From: Alphaproteobacteria bacterium
Lineage (GTDB): Bacteria; Pseudomonadota; Alphaproteobacteria; DSM-16000; Inquilinaceae
Length of the DNA stretch: 32,799 nt
Assembly (NCBI GenBank): GCA_029263555.1
Contig: JAJUFW010000001.1
Coordinates: 1 to 32,799, forward strand
Reading direction: 5' to 3'
Positions 25,032 through 32,704 of the stretch are shown here, in pieces. Positions within the stretch are counted from its first letter, which is position 1. Every line of letters begins with the position of its first letter. The notes under the pieces were generated by a model. The model did not search any database and was not told the origin of the DNA. It saw only the letters and a list, made by a program, of their open reading frames with translations. A program made the translations under genes and the position numbers.

Positions 25032-25413
25032 CGGCCCTCTCCGGGACGGCGCGCACGAGCGCGGGGCCGGTTGGGACGCCTCCTCCGCTCCGCCGTTCCG
25101 TGATCCCGGGACCGATCTGCCGATCTGCGCAGCATCGAAGGGCCTCCCATGATCGTTTTTCTGGTTCGTACCGCCAATGCATCACCCTGCATTTCGACTG
25201 TCAAGTACGAAAATGCCGAATTTACAGCCTGCGAACATCCGAATCTTGCAGCGACGGCTCTGGTGCGCGAGTTTTATATTGGTATTCTGGTATTACGATG
25301 CTCTCATTAACGGCAGCGACGCCAGCGTACGCTCATGGACCATCAACGGGAGGGAGAGCCCGGCAGCCCATCCGGGATCTGCCGCGGACGACGCACAGTG
25401 GAGTGAGCAGCAG

Positions 25414-27051
25414 ATGACAGCGCGGACCGAGATGCGTTTCGACGACCGGATCTATTCGCAGGCCTGGCGGGAATGGCAGGATCCCGCCGTTCCGGAGTTC
25501 TTCAACGCGGCTGAAATGCTCCTCGGCCGTCATGCCGGCACGGCGACCGACGACAAGCCGGCCATCCTGGTGGACGGAAGCGCGGTCAGCTATCGCGAGC
25601 TCCGCGACCTGGTCAGGCGGACGTCGAGGGGCTTGCGCGATCTGGGGCTGCGGACCGGCGACCGGATCCTACTCTTCGGAACGGACAGCCTGGAATATAT
25701 CGCGATCTGGCTGGGCGCTGTCAGGGCCGGGATCGTGCCGGCCGCCGTCTCCGATCTCTATAAGACGAAGGATCTTCTCTATTTCCTCCGGGACACGGAT
25801 GCCCGGGGCCTGTTCATCGACTCCGAACAGCTTCCGAAGCTGGCCGAGATTGCGGACGACCTGCCGGAGGGGCTGGAGGCGATCGTGGTCCGCGGCGGAG
25901 CCGAAGCCCCTGCCGTCGGCTTCGGAGGCCGGACCGTGGTCGATGCCGGCCGGGTGCTGGCGGCCGAGGACAGCCTGCCGGCGCCGCTCCGCCACAGTGA
26001 CGACGTCTGCTACATGTTCTATTCCGGCGGGACGACGGGGACGGCGAAGGGCATTACCCATCTCTGCCACGACTTCTTCCTGGTGCCCGAGCGGCAGGGC
26101 CATTATTGGGAGTACAAGGCGGACGACGTCGTTTTCGCGACCTCCAAGAAATATTTCACCCACGGCCTCTGGCCGGGCATCCTGATTCCCCTCTACTGGG
26201 GCGCGACCGCCGTGCTGCAGCGCCGTCCCCCGACGCCGGAGGCCGTCATCGACGGCGTGACTACCGCCGGGGCGACCAAGTTGATCACCGTGCCGACGGT
26301 CATCAAGAACCTTCTGGAACATTGCCGCGTCAATGACCTGAAGCCCGATTTCGGCAGGCTGCAGTTGGTCGTGAGCGCGTCCGAGAAGATCCCGCCCGAG
26401 ATCTTCGACCGGTTCAGCGGGCTCTTCGGGCTGGAGATCCTGGATTCGATCGGCAGCTCCGAGGTGACCTATGAGTGGATCGCCAACCGGCCGAAGGAGT
26501 TCAAGCGCGGCAGCCTGGGCAAGCCCGTCTTCGGCTATGAAATCCGTCTGGTGGGCCCCGACGGCCAAGACATCGTGGAGCCCGGCGTCGCTGGCGAGGC
26601 CTGGGTGAAGAGCCGGACCGCGTGCTTCTTCTACTGGCGCAAGTTCGACAAGTCCCGGGAAACCTTCATCGGCCCGTGGACCAGGACGGGGGACAACCTC
26701 TATTTCGACGAGGACGGCTTCTTCTGGTTCGCCGGTCGCGAGAACGACGTCTTCAAGGTGAAGGGCCTGTGGGTCTCGCCGATCGAGATCGAGGCGGCGA
26801 TCACCGAGCATCCGGCCGTTCTCGAAGCGGCGGTGGTGGCCTATGAGGACAAGGACGGAATGACGAAGCCGCGAGCCTTCGTCGTCCTGCGCACCGACAC
26901 CCAAGCCGACGACGCCCTGGTGGAGGCGTTGAAGGAACGGGTTCGCGTGCTGGGCGGCTACAAGGTGCCGGAAGACTTCCGCTTCGTCGACCAGCTGCCG
27001 CGCACGACGCTCATGAAGATCGACCGCAGGGCGTTGCGGGCGCTTCCCTGA
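25414..27051 (+). CDS. AMP-forming aromatic-acid CoA ligase (benzoate-CoA ligase family), 545 aa
   Basis: ORF 25177-27051, trimmed to ATG 25414 (MTARTEMRFDD...). The upstream 79 codons are AT-rich and look non-coding. Motifs: AMP motif MFYSGGTTGTAKG, LDSIGSSEV, WTRTGDNLYFDEDGFFWFAGRENDVFKVKGLWVSPIEIE, and terminal MKIDRRALR. Confidence 0.85.
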   Translation: MTARTEMRFDDRIYSQAWREWQDPAVPEFFNAAEMLLGRHAGTATDDKPAILVDGSAVSYRELRDLVRRTSRGLRDLGLRTGDRILLFGTDSLEYIAIWLGAVRAGIVPAAVSDLYKTKDLLYFLRDTDARGLFIDSEQLPKLAEIADDLPEGLEAIVVRGGAEAPAVGFGGRTVVDAGRVLAAEDSLPAPLRHSDDVCYMFYSGGTTGTAKGITHLCHDFFLVPERQGHYWEYKADDVVFATSKKYFTHGLWPGILIPLYWGATAVLQRRPPTPEAVIDGVTTAGATKLITVPTVIKNLLEHCRVNDLKPDFGRLQLVVSASEKIPPEIFDRFSGLFGLEILDSIGSSEVTYEWIANRPKEFKRGSLGKPVFGYEIRLVGPDGQDIVEPGVAGEAWVKSRTACFFYWRKFDKSRETFIGPWTRTGDNLYFDEDGFFWFAGRENDVFKVKGLWVSPIEIEAAITEHPAVLEAAVVAYEDKDGMTKPRAFVVLRTDTQADDALVEALKERVRVLGGYKVPEDFRFVDQLPRTTLMKIDRRALRALP

Positions 27052-27171
27052 CGGGGGTCGCCTCCACGGCCCCTGCGCCACCGGGGCGGCCTGACCCGCC
27101 CGGGGTCATGGGGATGAAATGCGGGCGGCCGGCCATCTCGGCCAGCCGCCCAACGATCGGGGTCAGGAGAC

Positions 27172-27197
27172 GAGAGGACGGCGCACCGTCCCCTCTC
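27172..27197. terminator. Imperfect hairpin between the convergent ligase and UbiD-family genes
   Basis: GGACGG (27176-27181), loop cgca, then CCGTCC (27186-27191). GAGA/TCTC extends the stem across a 2 nt bulge. No U-tract. Confidence 0.25.
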
Positions 27198-27211
27198 CCC
27201 ATCCCGTTCGG

Positions 27212-28768
27212 TCACTCCGTCTTGAACCCGTATTCGGCCCAGCGTCGGGCGACGAGTTCCGCGTGCTCCGGCAGCGGACGGACGGTCGGCGGATAGCGGT
27301 CGCCCTTGTATTGTTCCTGCGGCTCGAAATCGAGGTTCCGGGTCGCGTCGATGAGGACGCGGCACCACTTGCCGGTGCCCCACTTGATGGGATCGCGGTA
27401 TTCCAGCCGGGTCGACGGATCGAGCAGCGAGCCGAAGGTGCCGGGGAAGAAGACGATGTCGTCCTCCGCGGCGTTGACGCGATAGGCGAACGCCCAGTCG
27501 AGCGCGCCATAGTCCCGGATGTCGATATCGTCGTCCACGACCCAGATGTGCTTGTAGCGCAGGTGCGAGGAGTTCGAGCCCCAGATTGCGGCTGCCGCCT
27601 GCTTGGCCTGGCCGCGATAGGTCTGCTTGAGTTGGATGATCAGCGTCGTGCCGTTGTTGGCGGCCGAGCAGTGGACGTCGGTGACACCCGGGACGCCCGC
27701 CGCCTTCAGCACGTTCCAGGCGACGCCGGCGCGCTGGACCGAGCTGGTGACCGAGTTCTCGTTCAGCATCTTCGGCAGCGTGCCCTCGAGCGTGCCGCGG
27801 AAGATCGGATTCCGGCGCATGGTGACGCAGGTGACCTTGGTCACGTGCTTCGGGCCCTGGTCGCCGCCGAAATAGCCCGTGTACTCGCCGAACGGGCCTT
27901 CCATCTCGAAGGTCGAGGGATCCGCATCGATATAGCCTTCGATGACCAGCTCGGCGCTGGCCGGCACCATAATGTCGCTGGTCTCGCACTTCACCAGCGG
28001 CACCGGCTCGCCGCGGATGGCGCCCATGACCTCGTATTCGGAGACGCCGGTCGGGATCGGGGCCGAGGCGCAATAGGGCAGCACCGGCTCCCAGCCATAG
28101 ACATGGGCGACCGGCATCTTCATGCCGCGTTCGGCCCATTTCTGGAAATGCTGGCCCCAGTGCTGCGCCTTCCAGAGAAGGACCGGGATCGTATCCTTCT
28201 GGCCCAGCATGCCGCGATAGATGCCGATATTGTGCTGCCCCGTATCGGGATCGATCGTGACCGTTCCCTGATAGGTGTTGATGTAGCGCCCGCCGTCCAG
28301 GCCGTGCCACCGGGGGACCGGCAGCTTGTAGACGTCGATCTCGTCCCCCTTGTAGATCACCTCCTTGACCGGACCGGTCTCGACCGTCGCCGGCTTCACC
28401 CGCTGGCTGAAATAGTGCTGCGTCGCCAGGATCAGATCCCGAACCGACGCCGTCTTCGGCAGGCCCAGCATCATGGCGATACGGCGGTAGCTGGAGAGCC
28501 CGCCGGTGAAGAGCTGCCGGGACCAGACGTCGTCGTTGGGCCCGTAATCCTTGATGTTCTTGAACAGCAGCGCGGGCCCGTCGCCCGTGCCGAAGGCCCG
28601 CCGGGCGATCGCCCCCAGCTCTCCGTCCCAGTTCACCTCGGCATCGATCTCGTGCAGCTCCCCCTCCTGGCGCAGCGCCTCGATCCATCCGCGAAGATCA
28701 CCGAAGGCGCGCGGCTTCAGCTTGCTCACGATCTCCGGATTCTCGGAGGCAGTATCGGTCATGGGCAT
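27212..28768 (-). CDS. UbiD-family (prFMN-dependent) decarboxylase, 518 aa
   Basis: Full-length UbiD architecture. The conserved E-x4-E acid motif is present (FEMEGPFGEYTGYFGG), along with IGIYRGM, KAQHWGQH and PASAELVIEGYI. The start could instead be the third codon, ATG 28760-28762. Confidence 0.9.
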   Translation of the reverse strand: MPMTDTASENPEIVSKLKPRAFGDLRGWIEALRQEGELHEIDAEVNWDGELGAIARRAFGTGDGPALLFKNIKDYGPNDDVWSRQLFTGGLSSYRRIAMMLGLPKTASVRDLILATQHYFSQRVKPATVETGPVKEVIYKGDEIDVYKLPVPRWHGLDGGRYINTYQGTVTIDPDTGQHNIGIYRGMLGQKDTIPVLLWKAQHWGQHFQKWAERGMKMPVAHVYGWEPVLPYCASAPIPTGVSEYEVMGAIRGEPVPLVKCETSDIMVPASAELVIEGYIDADPSTFEMEGPFGEYTGYFGGDQGPKHVTKVTCVTMRRNPIFRGTLEGTLPKMLNENSVTSSVQRAGVAWNVLKAAGVPGVTDVHCSAANNGTTLIIQLKQTYRGQAKQAAAAIWGSNSSHLRYKHIWVVDDDIDIRDYGALDWAFAYRVNAAEDDIVFFPGTFGSLLDPSTRLEYRDPIKWGTGKWCRVLIDATRNLDFEPQEQYKGDRYPPTVRPLPEHAELVARRWAEYGFKTE

Positions 28769-29153
28769 TTCCTTCCATTGGGCGCCGACCCGCTCACGCC
28801 CGGCTTCCGAGCTCAGAGCGATCGGCTGCGACGGGGACTGGCCTGATTGACTCAGGCTCGTTCCAGCTCGGGTGACGTCTGGCGAGCTGATAAACGCGTA
28901 TACCTATACCAGATAGTGATTTTGTGTCCACAAGAATGCGAAACGAAAGCGAATCTTGCGCAGCCCAGCGCCCCCTATGGGCGTCCCCGGCCGAGATCGT
29001 TCGTGGCATTACGTTACCAAAATGCCGCCCGGCGTTGCCGGGTGCGGTCCGGCGTACTAGACTGCCGTCGAAATGCCGAAGATAGAGCGTCCGGCGACCG
29101 GGGTCCCCGACCGAGTCCCCCGCGCCGGCAGCAACCTACCACCCCAAAGCGAT

Positions 29154-29693
29154 ATGGATCGTCCCATCGACCTGACCGGCCCGCACTGGGCCTTTTCCCT
29201 GGATGTCTACGGCCAGCCGACGGTCCCGGCATCCTGCCTGCTGCTGCAGGACCGCTGCGGCGTCGACGTGAACGTGCTGCTGCTGTGCCTCTTCGCCGCC
29301 TGCCGGGGCGCCCCGACGCCGTCCGAACAGGACATCGCCGCCCTGGACGGCGAGATCGAACGTCTGCGCCGGGAGGTGGTCGTGCCCCTGCGGCAGATCC
29401 GCCGCGCCATGAAGATCATGCCGGAAGCGGATCTGGGGCGCGAGTTCGACTCCGTACGCAATCGGGTGAAATCCGCCGAGCTGGCGGCCGAGCAGCTGCA
29501 GCAGGCCATGCTGGCGAGGCTGTTGCCGGACGGGAGCCCGCGCGGCGACTTCGACGCGCTAGCGACGGCAAGGGCGGTCGTCGGCTTCTATGCCGGGCGG
29601 ACCGGGTCCCGGGACGCGATGGGAGACGAGGACATCGAGCGCGCGATCGCATCCGTTGCCGACGCGGCGCAACGTGCCGGCGGCAGATCATGA
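29154..29693 (+). CDS. DUF2390 / TIGR02444-family protein of unknown function, 179 aa
   Basis: ORF 29073-29693, trimmed to ATG 29154 (MDRPIDLTGPHWAFSLDVYGQPTVPASCLLLQDRCGVDVNVLLLCLFAA). The family was recognised from memory of its N-terminal signature. Confidence 0.6.
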   Translation: MDRPIDLTGPHWAFSLDVYGQPTVPASCLLLQDRCGVDVNVLLLCLFAACRGAPTPSEQDIAALDGEIERLRREVVVPLRQIRRAMKIMPEADLGREFDSVRNRVKSAELAAEQLQQAMLARLLPDGSPRGDFDALATARAVVGFYAGRTGSRDAMGDEDIERAIASVADAAQRAGGRS

Positions 29694-30271
29694 CCCCAGC
29701 CGAGCGTTCCGTGCAGGTGTCGCTGCTCGATCCCGGAACCGATCGCGTCGTCGCGACCATGGACAAGCTGCAGGCGCATGTGGAGGGCCGCTACCATGCC
29801 GCCATCTCGGTCCTGCTGCACAGCCCGGACGGCGGGCAGCTCATACAGCAGAGGGCGGTCGCGAAGTATCACGGCGGCGGGCTGTGGAGCAATGCGTGCT
29901 GCAGCCATCCCCTTCCCGGGGAAAGCGCGGCGGCGGCCGCACAGCGGCGCCTGCACGAGGAGATGGGGATCACGACGCCTCTCACGCCGGTCGGCGTCGT
30001 CCGCTATCGGGCGGAGGTGCCGGTGGCCGGGGGCGGCTTCCTGATCGAGCACGAGCGCGTCGAGATCTTCGCCGGCGTCTATGACGGGCCGGTCGATCCC
30101 GATCCGGCGGAGGTGGCACAGACGCGCTGGCTTCCGCCCGGCCATGTCCCGGGCGGGCCGGACGTCCGGCTCACGCCCTGGTTCCGGCTTTACACGGAAA
30201 TCATCGATGCGCGCCCGGGCCGGCTGCCCCGAGCGCCCGTCGACTACGGGTATTTCGATCTGTCCTGCTGA
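29690..30271 (+). CDS. idi: Isopentenyl-diphosphate delta-isomerase, type 1 (Nudix fold), 193 aa
   Basis: This is the tail of ORF 28847-30271, from ATG 29690 (ATGA overlap with the DUF2390 stop). IDI-1 catalytic and metal residues are visible: HVEGRYHAAISV, WSNACCSHP (Cys/His) and IEHERVEIF (Glu-x-Glu). Confidence 0.85.
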   Translation: MTPAERSVQVSLLDPGTDRVVATMDKLQAHVEGRYHAAISVLLHSPDGGQLIQQRAVAKYHGGGLWSNACCSHPLPGESAAAAAQRRLHEEMGITTPLTPVGVVRYRAEVPVAGGGFLIEHERVEIFAGVYDGPVDPDPAEVAQTRWLPPGHVPGGPDVRLTPWFRLYTEIIDARPGRLPRAPVDYGYFDLSC

Positions 30272-30322
30272 ACCGGCCCGGGTCCGGACGTCGCCGACCC
30301 CGCCCTGCCGCAGCCCGGCCCT

Positions 30323-30931
30323 TCAGCCCGCGTCGTCCGGGAGAGGCGTCGCCCGGCCGCTCGCCGGCTCGTCCTCGCGCCAGCGCTTGACGATGCGCGC
30401 GTCGATGTCGAACAGGTCCAGCGCGCGCCCGACCGTCTGGTTCACAATGTCGTCGATCGTCTTCGGCCGGTGATAGAAAGCCGGCACCGGGGGCATGACG
30501 ATGGCGCCGGCGCGGGTCGCCTGGTCCATGAGCGAGATATGCCCGGCATGCAGCGGCGTCTCGCGAAGCAGGAGGACGACCCGCCGCCTCTCCTTCAGGC
30601 AGACATCGGCCGCCCGCACCACCAGTTCGTCGTTGTAGCAGTTGGCGATCCCGCTCAAGGTCTTGATCGAGCAGGGCGCGACCAGCATGCCTTCGACCCT
30701 GAACGACCCGGACGAGATCGCCGCGCCGATGTCGCGGTGGCTGTAGACCTTGTCCGCAAGGTCCCGCACCTCGTCGGCCGTGTGATCGGTTTCCTCGAGC
30801 AGCGTCCGCACGGCCGACGGCGTCATGACGAGATGCGTCTCCACGTCCGGCAGCTGCCGCAGGACCTGAAGCGCACGCACCCCGTAGATGACGCCGGAGG
30901 CGCCGGTCAGCGCGACGATGAGTCTTCTCAT
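30323..30931 (-). CDS. ubiX: UbiX flavin prenyltransferase (prFMN synthase), 202 aa
   Basis: RLIVALTGASGVIYGVRALQVL, MLVAPCSIKTLSGIANCYNDELVVRAADVCLKERRRVVLLLRETPL and MPPVPAFYHRPKTIDDIV. ATGA overlap with the upstream MaoC gene at 30928-30931. Confidence 0.9.
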   Translation of the reverse strand: MRRLIVALTGASGVIYGVRALQVLRQLPDVETHLVMTPSAVRTLLEETDHTADEVRDLADKVYSHRDIGAAISSGSFRVEGMLVAPCSIKTLSGIANCYNDELVVRAADVCLKERRRVVLLLRETPLHAGHISLMDQATRAGAIVMPPVPAFYHRPKTIDDIVNQTVGRALDLFDIDARIVKRWREDEPASGRATPLPDDAG

Positions 30932-31449
30932 GACATTTCCTTCCCCAAGGCCGATCCGGCATCCGCCGCGTCGTCCTGCCTCGGGACGACAAGCTGCGGG
31001 CGCATGATCTGCACGATTTCATCGTTCTGGTTGCGGGTTTCGACCCGGACGCCGGCGAGGCCGATATCCGGCCGTGAGCGGGATTCCCTCAAAGTCTCGA
31101 CCGTGACGACCACATGCAGCTCGTCATCGGGCACGACCGGGCGCGGCCAGCGGATCTCCCCCACGCCGGCGCCGATCAGCCCACCCGCGATCGGCACCGC
31201 CTCCACGAACAGGCGCATGGTCACGGCCGCAGTATGCCAGCCGCTGGCGACGAGCCTGCCGAACAGGGTCTGGGCCGCGCGTTCGGGGTCGACGTGAAAG
31301 ACCTGGGGATCGTAGACAGTGGCGAACGCGCGGATGTCCGCAAGCGTCATGCGATGGCTGCGGGAGCGGAAGCTGTCCCCGATCCGGAGCTGGCTGAAGG
31401 TGAGAAGATCCCGCCTATCGGGCGCGACGACGCTGGCGTTCCGGATCAT
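30928..31449 (-). CDS. MaoC-like (hotdog-fold) dehydratase family protein, 173 aa
   Basis: ORF 30928-31485, trimmed to ATG 31447-31449 (MIRNASV...), with GGAG 6 nt upstream. Contains FATVYDPQVFHVDPERAAQTLFGRLVASGWHTAAV, a hydratase-2/MaoC-type motif. Confidence 0.75.
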   Translation of the reverse strand: MIRNASVVAPDRRDLLTFSQLRIGDSFRSRSHRMTLADIRAFATVYDPQVFHVDPERAAQTLFGRLVASGWHTAAVTMRLFVEAVPIAGGLIGAGVGEIRWPRPVVPDDELHVVVTVETLRESRSRPDIGLAGVRVETRNQNDEIVQIMRPQLVVPRQDDAADAGSALGKEMS

Positions 31450-31724
31450 GACGTCTCCGTTGGCTGTCCGGCACCAGGCCGGCATGCGGCGGCACCGCGC
31501 CGATGCGCCTGCATCTCGACGACCTGCTCGGCGGCTTGATCACGGGGCCTTCTCATGCGATCCAATTCGGTATTCCGGTACAAGTTTATGACCATAATCC
31601 GCCCAAGGCAATCCGCGTCTTGCCCGCACGGGCCGGTTGGCGGCCGGCGGCCACTGCGATAGTGTCGACCGGCCGACACCGGCCGCGGACGGCCCCTGTC
31701 GACGGCTGCCGGAGGGCGAAGGCG

Positions 31725-32615
31725 ATGGACGCAGGCGATCTGCAGCGCGCCCATTACGAGCGCATCCATGATGCCTACACGGCACATTACTACGATGCGA
31801 CCGCGATCCGGTATCGCGAGCGGTTCATCTATGACTGGCTTTTCGACGGGCTGGACCTCGACGGGCGGAGCGTCGCCGACCTTGCCAGCGGATCCGGCCA
31901 CAACTCGCTCGCCCTCCTGCGCCGGTTCCCGCGCGCGGAGGTGACCGGGTTCGACGTCTCGCCCTCCGCCTGCCGGGACTACACGCGCCTTACCGGCCGC
32001 CCTTCGGTCGAGTGCGACCTGACGCAGCCGATGGATGTCCCCGCGCCCTTCGACTGCGCCCTTGTCGTGGGCGGGCTCCACCATTGCGTCGCGGACCTGG
32101 CCACGGCGCTTGCCAATGTGGAACGGCTGGTGAGGCCGGGCGGAACCTTCCTGCTGGTCGAACCGAATGCCGCCTGCTTCCTCGAGGGGCTGCGGCGGCT
32201 CTGGTACCGGGCCGACCCTCACTTCCAGGCCGAGACGGAGCGGGCCCTGACTCATGAGGAGCTGGCCGCGCTTGCCCCGGGATTCGCGCCCGCTCGCGTC
32301 CGCTATTTCGGCGGTCCCGGCTATTTCCTGCTGTGCAACAGCCTAGTCATGCGCGTGCCCCTGGCGCTGAAACCCGTGATCGAACGCCCGCTCGCAGGGC
32401 TGGAGGCGGCCTACAACGCCCTGCCCGGCCGCCGGCCCTTCCCAGCCTTCATGGCGCGCTGGCGCCGCCGGGAGGAGGATCCGCACGGGTCCGCCGGCGT
32501 CCGGCCGACAGGATTCGGACCGCGGCTTCCGCGTACCGGAGAAAGGCCGGCCGTAAGCCGCCGGACCTTTTCCGGGCTCTACCCCGAAACCTTCATGGGC
32601 GGGCCGGCGTTTTAG
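31725..32615 (+). CDS. Class I SAM-dependent methyltransferase, 296 aa
   Basis: ORF 31503-32615, trimmed to ATG 31725 with GGAGG 9 nt upstream. Motif I is VADLASGSGHNS. Also VTGFDVS, ALVVGGLHH and LVRPGGTFLLVEPN. The last ~50 residues are low complexity. Confidence 0.75.
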   Translation: MDAGDLQRAHYERIHDAYTAHYYDATAIRYRERFIYDWLFDGLDLDGRSVADLASGSGHNSLALLRRFPRAEVTGFDVSPSACRDYTRLTGRPSVECDLTQPMDVPAPFDCALVVGGLHHCVADLATALANVERLVRPGGTFLLVEPNAACFLEGLRRLWYRADPHFQAETERALTHEELAALAPGFAPARVRYFGGPGYFLLCNSLVMRVPLALKPVIERPLAGLEAAYNALPGRRPFPAFMARWRRREEDPHGSAGVRPTGFGPRLPRTGERPAVSRRTFSGLYPETFMGGPAF

Positions 32616-32704
32616 GGCGGCTGGAACTGGTGGAACAACGGCGATTATGGCGTGACGACGCCGAGGGGGACTTTGCCGCGCCGACAAGAGACGGGGGTCG
32701 GGGA

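Noticed and set aside
12311-28768. The idea that the two family-III CoA-transferases are an SptAB-like pair directly feeding the UbiD-family decarboxylase, giving a complete phthalate-type pathway.
   Set aside because: The transferases are embedded in a different, tightly coupled operon about 12 kb away, with PrpD/PrpF/ACAD genes. The UbiD module has its own AMP-forming ligase. Nothing in the sequence links the two beyond proximity.
23100-28846. Long ORFs 23100-25103 (+), 25669-27081 (-), 26958-28688 (-) and 27119-28846 (+).
   Set aside because: They lie antisense or off-frame to the TRAP permease, CoA ligase and UbiD-family genes. No domain-like sequence is present.
32343-32687. A 114-aa minus-strand ORF at the 3' end of the methyltransferase gene.
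   Set aside because: It overlaps the methyltransferase C-terminus in antisense. The translation is Pro/Arg/Ala-rich with no motif.
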